DNA of 64,000 nt from Camelus dromedarius (Eukaryota): positions 56,546,001-56,610,000 of the forward strand of contig NC_087437.1 of NCBI RefSeq assembly GCF_036321535.1, read 5' to 3'. The notes beneath the pieces are model-generated. The model did not search any database. It saw only the letters and a program-made list of their open reading frames with translations, and was not told where the DNA came from. Of the stretch, positions 1 to 10,670 are shown one piece after another; positions within the stretch are counted from its first letter, which is position 1; every line of letters begins with the position of its first letter. Both the position numbers and the translations under genes were made by a program.

Positions 1-811
1 AGTCCCAGGAATTTTTAAATACTCGTAGAACTAGTACTGAACACTGAAAATTTTCCACTGGTCTGCTGCAAAATGAGAAAAGAACAATGAAGTAAATGTT
101 TCACAAAGTTAAAAGATTTTCATTTAAAGAAGTGTTTTTTATTCTTAGGTGTATTCTTTGCAATATTTGATGTCATAATGTCCTTTATTTTATAGCAACA
201 GAGATAGTATTCATAAGTGTCTTAAGTGGGTAAAATAAAAAGTTAATTCCTATTCGAAAACTACCATGATCTATAATATGCAAAATCTGGAAATCACTGA
301 TCTGTATTCTTATGTCTCAGGTAAGAAAACTTGAGGACCAGGTTGCATTCTCACTAACTTGTTTTTCTCCTGGTCTGTACTGGACTTTAGATACCACTTA
401 TTGTTATGTTTATTTAAAGCAAATTAACAAGTCTAAAGTGGAAAGAGCTACATGGGCATCTTCTGTATGTGTGCCTCATGTATGATGCTCCATTCTGGCT
501 CTCTGTTTATATTCAGGCATTGAAATGATAATAACTTTGCAAGTGCAAGAAAATCCATATTATTTTGTTAAAATGAAGTTGGTATTCGCATCACTGAAAA
601 GTTCAAAGGCAATGATGGTTTCACTTAGAAAAGTTATTGCTGATTCCTGTAAAAATGCTGCTGAGTATATGAATTTATTTATGCTTCCTTCCAAATCCTA
701 CTGAAAATGATGTAACCGATATAAAAATAGATTCATAGCAGTATGAGTAATTGGCGAAAAATACCACCAGCTGACCAGAGCAGTGAAGAGTTTCTGGAAT
801 ATAAAGAGTAG

Positions 812-1452
812 ATTCATTCACTTTTTCAATAACTATCTATTAAAGGCATATGACAGGCTCTCTTCTAGGTGATGGGAATACTGCAGGGAACAAGAGGTTA
901 AATGTCTTTGTTCTCATGGAGCTTATACTGTTGAAAGGGATATCGCATTTAAATGCATATATATGTATTTATTATTACATTATATGCATACATATGTATA
1001 TCACATTGTGATAAATGCAATGCAAATTATTAAGATAAGTAATGTGAAAGAAAAATTACTGGGCAGTTGTTCTAATGTGGATCATTATGGAAGACCCCTT
1101 TGAGACGCGGATGTTTTAGTTGAGAGCTGACCAAGACGGAACCAACTGCTTAAAGATCTGGGGGAAAATTTTCCTAGAGAACAGAAGAGCTAGCACAAAG
1201 ACCCTGACGTGTGAACAATCTTAGAATGCTTGAGGGTCTGAAGGAAGGCAAATGGGTGATAGTTAAGAGAGTGAGTCATAGACAGAAGCAGAGGTCAGAT
1301 CAGGTAAGTTTTTGTAAACTAGAGAGGACTTTGGATTTTAATCTAAATAGGATGAAAAGCCAATTGGAGAATTGTAGGCAGGTGAGGAGCATGATGTGAA
1401 GGATGCTTTTAAAAGACTGCTGGGATTAAGTTTTGGAAAATGGATTGTAGGA
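812..1452 (-). mobile_element. LINE-2 3' portion (ancient, degraded)
   Basis: Starts with the reverse-complement L2 tail (attcattca...gttctcatggagcttata) and continues with L2-like text (ggactttggattttaatctaaatagga...aagccaattggag). Confidence 0.8.
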
Positions 1453-1594
1453 AGTGATACATCAGTTTGGATGCTTGTTAATTGTGGCTCTAATTACAGA
1501 AAACCTAACCCATAATGGATATAAAAGTTTAAAAATATATCAACTCTTTTATAAGTCCATAGATAGGACATCTCCAGAATTGTACTTGTATCAT

Positions 1595-1715
1595 GATTTT
1601 AGGAATAATGAAATTAGGCACAGAAAACTTAGTTAAGTGTACTCAGTCCCAAAGTTAGTGAGGAAGAGAGTGCGTATTTAAACTCAGAAATTCTGAGTTC
1701 TAATTTCCTGCTCTT
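1595..1715 (-). mobile_element. MIR SINE fragment
   Basis: Reverse MIR core: atgaaattaggcacagaaaacttagttaagtgtactcagtccc...tttaaactcag. Confidence 0.6.
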
Positions 1716-1827
1716 CATCCTTCATCTCTAAGATAGGTTGTTTCTTTTTAAATTTCTACATAAAATGATGGGGTCCATAATAAAAAAAAAAAAAAAGCTT
1801 TTCTTTTTAAACAGAATTAATGAACGA

Positions 1828-1960
1828 GAGGCAGTGAGATGGAGTGGAAAGAATATTGCCCTCAGAGTCAAGACTTTGGAATTCTCTTCCCGAAAATGCC
1901 TCTACTTAATTTTGGGTGAATCATTGAATGGCTACTCCTCATCTGTAACATGCAAATTGA
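1828..1960 (+). mobile_element. MIR SINE fragment
   Basis: gcagtgagatggagtggaaagaatatt...gagtcaagact...ctcctcatctgtaa resembles the MIR head and core. Confidence 0.6.
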
Positions 1961-2498
1961 TTTAATGTCCTTTATTTGTCTCATTACAGACCTTTCACAA
2001 ATCACCTTCACGTACCCTATCTCATCTAAGTTTACGGAAATTCTATTAGAAACCTGAGGCTCAGAATAGAGGTGATCCCCCACGTCAGCCCCCACCCTCT
2101 GTTGCACAAGTGGTAAGGATCTTTGGACTCCAAAGCCAGTGTTTTTTTCTACTATACCTCGCTGATCTATTTTATGTACATAAAAGCGTTTTCTAAACTA
2201 TAAAATAATACGCTGATATTAACTTTTATAATGAATGTGGCATGCAAAGATGAATGGTAATGCTTTCAGCCAAAGAAGTGGTGGAAAAAAAGGATAATTT
2301 TGGAATTGACCTGAAGAAGCCAAGCTAGTTTATGTGAAAACCATATGCATTCTTAATTTATTTTGTTTAAATCCTGGAACAAATGCTAAACTGATGGAAG
2401 AATATGCTGCTTCTCTGTGCTTTGGTGAATTCCTTATTTTGTAACATGAAATGATAAATGTTTGAACAGCTGCAATTATGAAGTTAAGGAACCATACA

Positions 2499-2518
2499 AC
2501 ACACACACACACACGCAT

Positions 2519-2555
<37 letters not shown>
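2499..2555 (+). repeat. (CA)n microsatellite, interrupted
   Basis: AC run seen directly, with one gcatgc interruption. Confidence 0.98.
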
Positions 2556-2556
<1 letters not shown>

Positions 2557-3277
2557 TTTCTTCTCCAGGGCTGCTGATTGAAACTGTGCCACAGAAAAGT
2601 AATCCATGAGTGATATAAATATATTTTCATTCATTCTACTGAATCCTTTGCACGGTATAACTTTCTCTGTGGGAGGCTGACCTCAATAATGGAAAGAAAA
2701 GAAAAAAATGTGAACAAACCAGCTTTCTTGATTTATTGTCTTGGAATCGTTTCTGAGATATTGTTCTCCTTTAGGTACAAGTGAAATGATTTGGCAACAG
2801 TTGAGGACTCCTGGGAGGGTGCTGGGTGGGGCTGGGGGCTCAGCTGTAGCCTTCGTTGGCCACTGAACAAATCTTTAGTCTCCACTTTATGTTTGTATAC
2901 TCAAGAAGCATGAATAGAACTGTTTGTTATTTCTTATTTACTTTCTTATTTAAGCACTTGTGCACTAAATATATACTATTATGCAGGTGAGCCTGTTTGT
3001 CTACTTAATCCATATGCAATCACTGTAAACCCATTTATTGGTTATATATTTGAAATTAGAGAACTCAATGCACTCCTGGTGTTCTGAGAAGTCACATGAA
3101 AACTTACAATGTGGCTTAACTTCCCTGTTGTCTTCTAGAAATAGGGGAATGGACTTGAACCCGCTCCTGCTGTTTACTGAGATATGTATAAACCATACAG
3201 TATCATACTGAAAGGGCTCTGAGAATCTTAGAATATCAGACTTGGTGAGGGCTTTCGAGCTCATCATCACCTTTCAT

Positions 3278-3865
3278 AAGCCAGGGGAACAGAGTCACTG
3301 TAGGTATTATGTGAACAAAGGATTTACTATAGGAATTAGAACGTGTTCAATCATGGGAAGAGCTGAAGGAGGGACAGTCTAGAGGGGAGTTGGAAGATCT
3401 GAGAAAAGGTCATTGACCAGTCTACCTTAATCACTGATGTGAGTGAACAAACAGAAGCTTTCATGGAAATCCAGGATAATAACGCTTTCAGTCTGTGAAT
3501 TAGGACCACAAAGGGGGAAGCTGGAGGGGAGTGGAATGGAAATCTCCACCTCTCAGGAAGCTAAGCCTCTGTGTAGTTGTCACCTTTGTGACTCTGCAGC
3601 CAAGTCCCTGCTGGTGGGCCCGACAGTGGGGAAGGTGAATTTTAAGCAAAGTGGAAGAAAGTATACATAAACTGAGGTCTACTGGGCACCTCTGCATCAT
3701 TTCAACCCCATGCCAGACTGAGACAGTCTTCCAAAAGCAGTGGCACTTGCTATACTCTGACCTTCCAAAACCCATGCAGCAACTCTAGCCTAAAACCATA
3801 CGGAAAAGGGATTCTGGGAAACTTACTTCCCAGCCTTAGTCAACTTGACAAGGCACAATCCAGCT
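3278..3865 (-). mobile_element. Ancient ERVL/MaLR-class solo LTR (subfamily uncertain)
   Basis: ggatttactataggaattag near the start and aaccatacggaaaagggattctgggaaac...ttagtcaacttgaca near the end resemble old ERVL-type LTRs. Confidence 0.5.
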
Positions 3866-5328
3866 TGACTAATTAGGTGGTGACATATTCAGAACTAGAT
3901 TTAAGTTCTTTTGATTGCTAGAGTAGTTTTTTTTCCTATTACATCATTTATCTAGGTCATATCTGCATGTGGGCTACACGATTATCTGAATGTGGACTAA
4001 AGTCTTCATATAGGTCATTCATCAAATATTTTTATTAAAATGAATATATAATTTATGTACAGACAATAATACATTTAAGGGTTTTTATTTTTGTTAACAT
4101 TTCAAGGATGTTTACATTTGCTAGTGTTTCTCAGTGGTAAGGAAAGGGCATTTTGGGCACATGTACTACATAATTGAGTCATCATATGACTATTTGAAAG
4201 ATTTTTCACCCAAACTGTGTTTTGGAAAAATAATTAATACCAAGGGATGGAAGGACGACATAAAACTGTACCAACTGTACTTGTGATTTATTGAGAGTTT
4301 ACTGTGTATCAGTCACTATGATAAACACTTCACATCTCATATCTTTTTCCATATTTAAGTTTGTTTCATACAAATACGAAGCTTTATACATATGGAAATT
4401 GATTAGGAAGCACAAACAACACTGTAAGAAAAGCCATGTTATCGTAAGAACAAGAATCACAGCAGAAGATAACTTAGCTGGAGTTTGAGTCATAGTTTGG
4501 TTTTCAGGTTCCCTTTGAGGTTGTAAGAGTTTCTTTGGGGAAATTTTGTGGTAAAGGCAGTGAACAAGCCTTAGGAAGTAGTAAAAGTTTTCTAGCTTGG
4601 CATCTGTCAAACCTGTAAAATGAGATGAACACTAGTCATGGTTGGGGGAGTGGGATAGTTTGATTTTTTCCCCTAGAATTCTAGAGTCACCATAGCCAAC
4701 TCCAGTTCTCAGGAGATTTACAGTGAGGTGAATTGCTCAGTAGTCAACAGTGAGTGGGAGTGAGAGTGGGAACTTTATCAGCACATGAGCCTAAACCAGG
4801 CTCACCAGAGCAGAAGGCATCTTAGCGATGATCACCATTAGCATGTCTGTTTTATGGCTTAAATCCGGGCTGGTTGCTCTTTATCTCTCTTGTTCAGCTG
4901 TCACCTTGGGATTGCCCTTACCTGTCTCCTGTGTTGGATCACTTCAATCCTGTGTTGAAGTGAAAAACAAAATCAAAAGCTTTCTGAGAACGGTTCATGA
5001 AAATTTTTTGTGAACTAAAATATTTGTATCTTATTTTCAGATTTAATTTTCAATTAGGCTAGATTAAAATTTTAATTTTTTTATTACTTAACTAAGAATT
5101 TTGAAGGCATTGTTCAATTTTCTTCTTGCTGCCAGTGTTGTTTGTTAAGTCCAAAGTCACTGAATCCCAATCTTACATACAGTGTCTAGTTTTACTTCTC
5201 TCTTCTCTAGAAACTTGTAAGATTTTTCTTTTTGTGTGACGAGTTCTTTTATTTTTTCAATTTGGATTTATTTTCTTCCACTTTATATCAACTCATAGTC
5301 TTAATTTCTGGACAAGTTTCCCAACATA

Positions 5329-5359
5329 TTTTTTGGGGAGGAAGGGGCAACTAGGTTGG

Positions 5360-5407
<48 letters not shown>

Positions 5408-5487
5408 ATGGAGGGTACTGGGGATTGAACCCAGGACCTCATGCATGCTAAGCATGTGCTCTAGCACTGAGCTATCCCCGCCTCCTC
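5329..5487 (-). mobile_element. tRNA-Ala-derived SINE, camelid vic-1 type
   Basis: Reverse complement reads GGGGATAGCTCAGTGCTAGAGCACATGCTTAGCATGCATGAGGTCCTGGGTTCAATCCCCAGTACCCTCCA, then (AAAT)n, then ACCTAGTTGCCCCTTCCTCCCC and an A tail. Pol III A and B boxes and an AGC anticodon-like loop are present. Confidence 0.85.
5361..5405 (+). repeat. (TATT)n microsatellite inside the SINE
   Basis: About 11 perfect TATT units. Confidence 0.97.
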
Positions 5488-6669
5488 TGCAAGATGTAAG
5501 TACTATCCTCTCTTCTCTTTTCCCTGTTCTCTCTTTCTCATTTGCACTTCCTGAACTCATCCTCTAATTTTTAAAAAAGTTTTCTTCTTCATTTTCCATT
5601 TCTTTATCTTGCTTTTCTCCTTCTTTTTCATTTCCTAAAACTGTTTTTCCCTCAACTTTTTAAGCTCTTCATTTCTACTATTTTTTGTTTTTAATTTCTG
5701 ATAACTCTTTTTCTTATTGCTGTGAAGATAAAAATTAATAGTTTTTCCTAAAGTTACTTCTCTTCACATAAGATCTATTCCCTTCAGGTTGCTTCTTTTT
5801 CTGATCATTTTTGTTTCTTTTATATTAGAGGATTTTCTTAGGTGTATGTCCACCCCTGATAGTTGTCTGTTTACGTTTAAAAGTGGAGGCTAACATAGAT
5901 TGGATGCTCTGGGTGGGCTTCTTATCTGTAAAGCGAGTCTGTCTGGACTCTTGGCATGGTGTTAGCCTTTCTCCTTAGGCTGGTCAGATTGTAAGAAAAG
6001 ACACTTTCAATATTGTCATTCTGTGTTTAATGCCTTAAGACATCTTTTTAGTGTATTTTAAGTGTTCTTTTTTTTCCATCGAGGGAGATGTGTGATCAAA
6101 ATGCTTTTTTTTTTTTGAAATGGTATGCCTCCATTACCTTACTAAGCTTTACAGCAAACTAAGATGGGGTTAAGTGAGTGTAGGGTATTAATCCTATCTT
6201 CATAAAAGTGACACTTAAGGGGTTTTATGAGTTGTCCACGTTCTCATAACTACAGAGTGGATACGTCAGGATTTGAACACAAAGGAGGCTGATCTCAAAG
6301 AATTTGTACTGAAGATGTGTGGCCCAGACAGCAGATGCATGCGTAGAAAACAGCTTCTCGGATAGTTAATGAGGATCTGACAGTTTCCTATATACATGGA
6401 TGAAGAAAGAATCAAAGATAATTTAGCATTAAAAACAATATTACTGGATTACATAACTTTAACTGAACAGTTCCAATCCTTTTAACAAGGGAAGTGAATT
6501 CTACATCTGTTCTACATCCAAACTAAAATTCAAGTTTGTGCATTTCTTTCCAATTCCTTACCACCTTTATACTCTCCAAATACCCATGTTCTCCTAGGTT
6601 AATGATGTAGCTTTCTACCTGACGACCTCTCATCCTTCTCGTTCACTTTATAAACATAATGCATGTAGA

Positions 6670-7015
6670 ACACAGAAGGAATTTTTTTTAATGTATCATG
6701 TCCTTTTCTGCTTAAAATGTTGTAAAGTTTTTTCATAACAACAAAAAAGTAGGATATGAATCTTTAACATTGTCCACAAGACCTGCATAGGGTGATTTCT
6801 ACCTATTTTTTCAATCTTTGTTTTTATTTCATTCATTATGCTCCAGCCATAATGGTTGTATTTCCAATCCTTGAAAGTCCAGAGGTATTTCCTGCTTTAG
6901 GTATTTTGCTTATGCTATTTTGTCTGCCTAGAATACTCTTTCCATGACCACCAATCTGTGGCTACCACATAATCTTCCTTCTAACTCATCAAATAAATCA
7001 CTTCCTTAAGAGGTC
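6670..7015 (+). mobile_element. LINE-2 fragment
   Basis: tatcatgtccttttctgcttaaaa...ctccagccataatgg...ttgcttatgctattttgtctgcctagaatactctttcc are L2 3'-region motifs. Confidence 0.7.
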
Positions 7016-7240
7016 TCGCAAAATCTATACTCCTCGTGTCAATTAAGTGCCTTGTGCTTCCTGCAATGTTTCAGATTTCCTACACATAATATCTAGGTAA
7101 TCAGAAAAGCAACCTAAAGAATTTGAAAAGTCATACCTTTCCATATATATTTGCGTCTAATTCCAACTGCAAATTTTAGAAGCATATTATGGAGATGAGA
7201 ATGTGTTCTTCTGAATTAACAAAATGAGATTTTAAGAACC

Positions 7241-7420
7241 CAGTCGATGTGAGACAGTAAAGTGAACTGAGACAGTATCAGGATTCTTGCACTTTGCCAC
7301 CAAGTTTATGAATCACTTTACTCAAGTCAAATAGAAAAAGAAAGGACTTTCACTATTTCTGCAGTGCAGAGATTGAACTGGAACAATTTCTATAGATCTT
7401 TCTGGCTTAATATTCTATGG
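7241..7420 (+). mobile_element. MIR3-like SINE
   Basis: Ends with gattgaactggaacaatttctatagatctttctggcttaatattctatg, resembling the MIR3 tail. Confidence 0.5.
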
Positions 7421-8316
7421 CCCTCTGTTCTAAAACTTGGGTTTCAAATAATTTTCAAACATTCTCAAAAGCTCTGCAAATTTTTTCAAAAATGTAAACC
7501 TTAAGACATGTAATTTTTATTTTTATTTTTGATAAGATGAATGTCCTTGAGTAGGATCAGATTTGCTTTCATAAGTTTTTTTTTAATTGAAGCTGAACTA
7601 TTTTTCCTGAGTAAATACCAGCTGTTGTGAGGCAAACAGTGGTCTACATGTACCACAGGAAGCAAAGAACAGAACATGAAAATATGTGAATTAAATGTCT
7701 GTTGTATGAGCTATATAGTGATTACCGTGAAAGGACTCGAAAATGAAACATCCCCAAAACTGAGAAGAGTTACGTGCTTTCTAAGCACGCAGTTGCAAGT
7801 AGATGTGTGTAAGGGCAGACTCCAAGATGGCCACAGACTAATGACTGGAGGGGAAATACTGATTAGCCTGTCGCCCCGTTGTGCTGTTGACACTTAAATC
7901 AGAATGAAGATGCTAGTGAAGAAAGTGTACGGGCAGTCAGATGGCAGAGTCTGCTCATTCTAATCTGCTAAAGATTTTTTTCTTCTTCCAATACCACCAT
8001 AGGAAGCTGTCCTCAAAGAAAATCATGAGTGGATCCAGATCCATCACATGTGAATTATGACTCCAGAGAGTTCTTTAGGAAACTATAGAAAATAATCATA
8101 CTAATTTTAGTACTCCACAAAACCAAAAATACCTAGATGTTGACTACTAGTGATAACTACTAATTATATCTTTTGTAGAAGTCTCACTATTGAAACTAGG
8201 ACTAAGCACATTTATAAGAACTTAAGAAATTGATACCAATAAGCAATGGATCTTATTCTGCAGACTTTTTTTTTTTTTTATAATTACAAAAGCCTCTCTA
8301 AAGGTCAAGTTGTTGG

Positions 8317-9232
8317 CACTTATACAGCTCAACGTGAAACAAACAAACAACCCAATCAAAAAATGGGCCAAAGACCTAACCAGACATTTCTCCAGAGATG
8401 ACATACAGACAGCCAACAGGCACATAAGAAGATGCTCAATATCACTAATTATTAGAGAAATGCAAATCGAAGCTACAATGAGCTATCACCTCACACCGGT
8501 CAGAATAAGCATCATTAAAAAGCCTACAGATACTAAGTGCTGGAGAGGCTGTGGACAAAAGGGAGCCTCCTGCACTGCTGGTGGGAATGTAAACTGGTGC
8601 AGCCACTATGGAAAACAGTATAGAAGTGCCTTAAAAAACTAAACAATGTAATTATCATATGATCCAGCAATCCCATTCCTGGGCATATATCCAGAAAAGA
8701 TGAATACTTTTTAATTCAAAAAGATACAAGCACCCTACTGTTCATAGCAGCACTGTTTACAATAGCCAAGACATGGAAGCAATATGATGTCTATTGACAG
8801 ATAAGTGGATAAAGAATATGTGGTGTATATATACAAGGGAACAGCCACAGAAAGAATGAAATAATGGCATTTGCAGCAACATGGGTGGACCTGGAGATTA
8901 TCATACTAAATGAAGTCAGGCAGAGAAAGACAAATATTATACGATGTCACTTATATGTGGAATCTAAAAAATGATACAAATGAACTTATTTACAAAACAG
9001 AAGCAGACTCACAAACATAGAAAACCAACTTACAGTTACCAAAGGGGAGCGGGAGACGGATGAATTGGGAGTTTGGGATTAGCAGATACACACTAGTATA
9101 TATGAAATATATAAGCAAAGAGGATTTACTGTGTAGCACAGGGAACTATATTCAATATCTTATAATAACCTAAAATAAAAAAGATCTGAAAAATATATGT
9201 ATATTACTATATATGTACATATATATAAAAAC
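8317..9232 (+). mobile_element. 5'-truncated L1 (cetartiodactyl type): ORF2 C-terminus and 3' UTR
   Basis: ORF 8310-8642 reads [54 protein letters not shown], the L1 ORF2 C-terminal domain. A frameshifted continuation and 3' UTR follow. TSD aaggtcaagttgttgg (8301-8316) / aaggacaagttgttgg (9233-9248). Confidence 0.96.
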
Positions 9233-10299
9233 AAGGACAAGTTGTTGGAAAACATATGGAATTGTTAGGCATTGACCTCAAAGGTTAGTATATGTATTGT
9301 ATGTATTCCTTATGCACCTTTATTGATGATAATTCCTTACCCATGTGAAGCAATTGAGAGTTTTCAAAAGGCTTTTACACCCACTGTTGACTATATTACG
9401 AGGGACTAAATCATGTACAAAATGTTCCAATCAACTTTTCTCATAGAACAATGCTTGACATATGTAAATACGCTGTAAAGGCATTTGAATAAATTAAACA
9501 GTTTGATTCACACAAACAACTCTGTGAGGCACGTAGGCAAGTAGTATTGTACAATTTTACACATCTAGAAACAGGTACCTTACCTAGTTGATGCAAGGAA
9601 AAAGGCGAGATCTAAATCCTCTGATGTTTTGGCCTTTAGTGAACTATAGATGAACTGAGGAGGGTGAAGAAAGAGAAATAATCAATAAATGTTTGTAGAG
9701 ATGGAACTCTTCAAAGCACTCATAACTTTATTTGAAAAGTACTATGATACGTAGTAAAATGAACAGACAACATACATTTTTTACGTGCAGAGAGAACAGC
9801 CTCAGAAGCCTCAAACCAGGATTTATTTGCTCATTTCTTAGCCCTGACTGTCTGTACACCATGATATCCTTTATTGGGTTTTTCTGGGTTTTGCTTTTGT
9901 TTTTGTTGTTTGTCTTCAATGACCACCATCACTACCTTTATAGTGTTCCTTCTTGAGGTTTTATCTTTGTCATTTAATGCTTAAGACAGAGGTATTTGAA
10001 TCTTTCCTCAGTCATACTATGTCCTAAATAGAGGGAAATTTGAATTGTCTTAAATGATAAATGGGTTTGTATGTCAGTTGTAGAATTGGGTGAGGAGGAC
10101 TTCAAATTGAGGAAGCCATGTGAGCAAACTGCTGAAGATATATTAGGGAAATGGGTTTGGCAGAGACGTAGAATTCATGGGATAGAAAGGTTTGGGGTTG
10201 GGGTTAAATTATGAAGCACCTTGAAGGCTAACAGAGCAATGTTTTTCATGAGCATTAAGGAGCTATTGGTGGTTATTCAGCAGGGCAGTGACAAGTTCT

Positions 10300-10302
10300 G
10301 TT

Positions 10303-10344
<42 letters not shown>

Positions 10345-10353
10345 TTGTTTTTT
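10300..10353 (+). repeat. (GTTTT)n simple repeat
   Basis: Seen directly. Confidence 0.95.
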
Positions 10354-10501
10354 AACAATCATGAGGGCAAAGCCAAGTCTGGTGGTAATGAAATGTGGGG
10401 TGTGTATGTGTGTGTGTTAGAAGAGAGGACTAGACAAAGAAGTGTGGAGGATTGCCATCTAAAAGAGACCATTTCAACAGTTGTGTTAAAATGAAAAGCA
10501 T

Positions 10502-10670
10502 ATTTACCACTGACTAGATATATAATATAGGACAAGTTACTTCTCTATTCTAAGCCTCATTATCTTTCACTGTACCCTATAGAATTGTTGCTAGGATTAA
10601 GGAAGAGATTGGATATACAAGCAAAAGCACCATGTCAAGTACATAATAGGTGCCCAGGAAGTGTTCATTA
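10502..10670 (+). mobile_element. MIR SINE
   Basis: ggacaagttacttctctattctaagcctca...tagaattgttgctaggattaag...cataataggtgccca match the MIR core and tail. Confidence 0.7.

Larger units (their letters stand above)
5080..5990 (-). mobile_element. Ancient L1 (L1M-type) 5'/ORF1-region relic, interrupted by a SINE
   Basis: T-rich text with ttttgaaggcattgttcaattttcttcttgctgccagtgttg, typical of antisense old L1 ORF1. Confidence 0.5.

Noticed and set aside
2330..2554. Cys/Val-rich ORF
   Set aside because: Translation artefact of the (CA)n microsatellite.
5410..5479. tRNA-Ala(AGC) gene
   Set aside because: It has substitutions in conserved tRNA positions and is followed by a SINE-type AT-rich linker, tail and A run, so it is a SINE head.
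8310..8642. 110-aa ORF as a host gene
   Set aside because: It is the L1 ORF2 C-terminus of a truncated, frameshifted L1.
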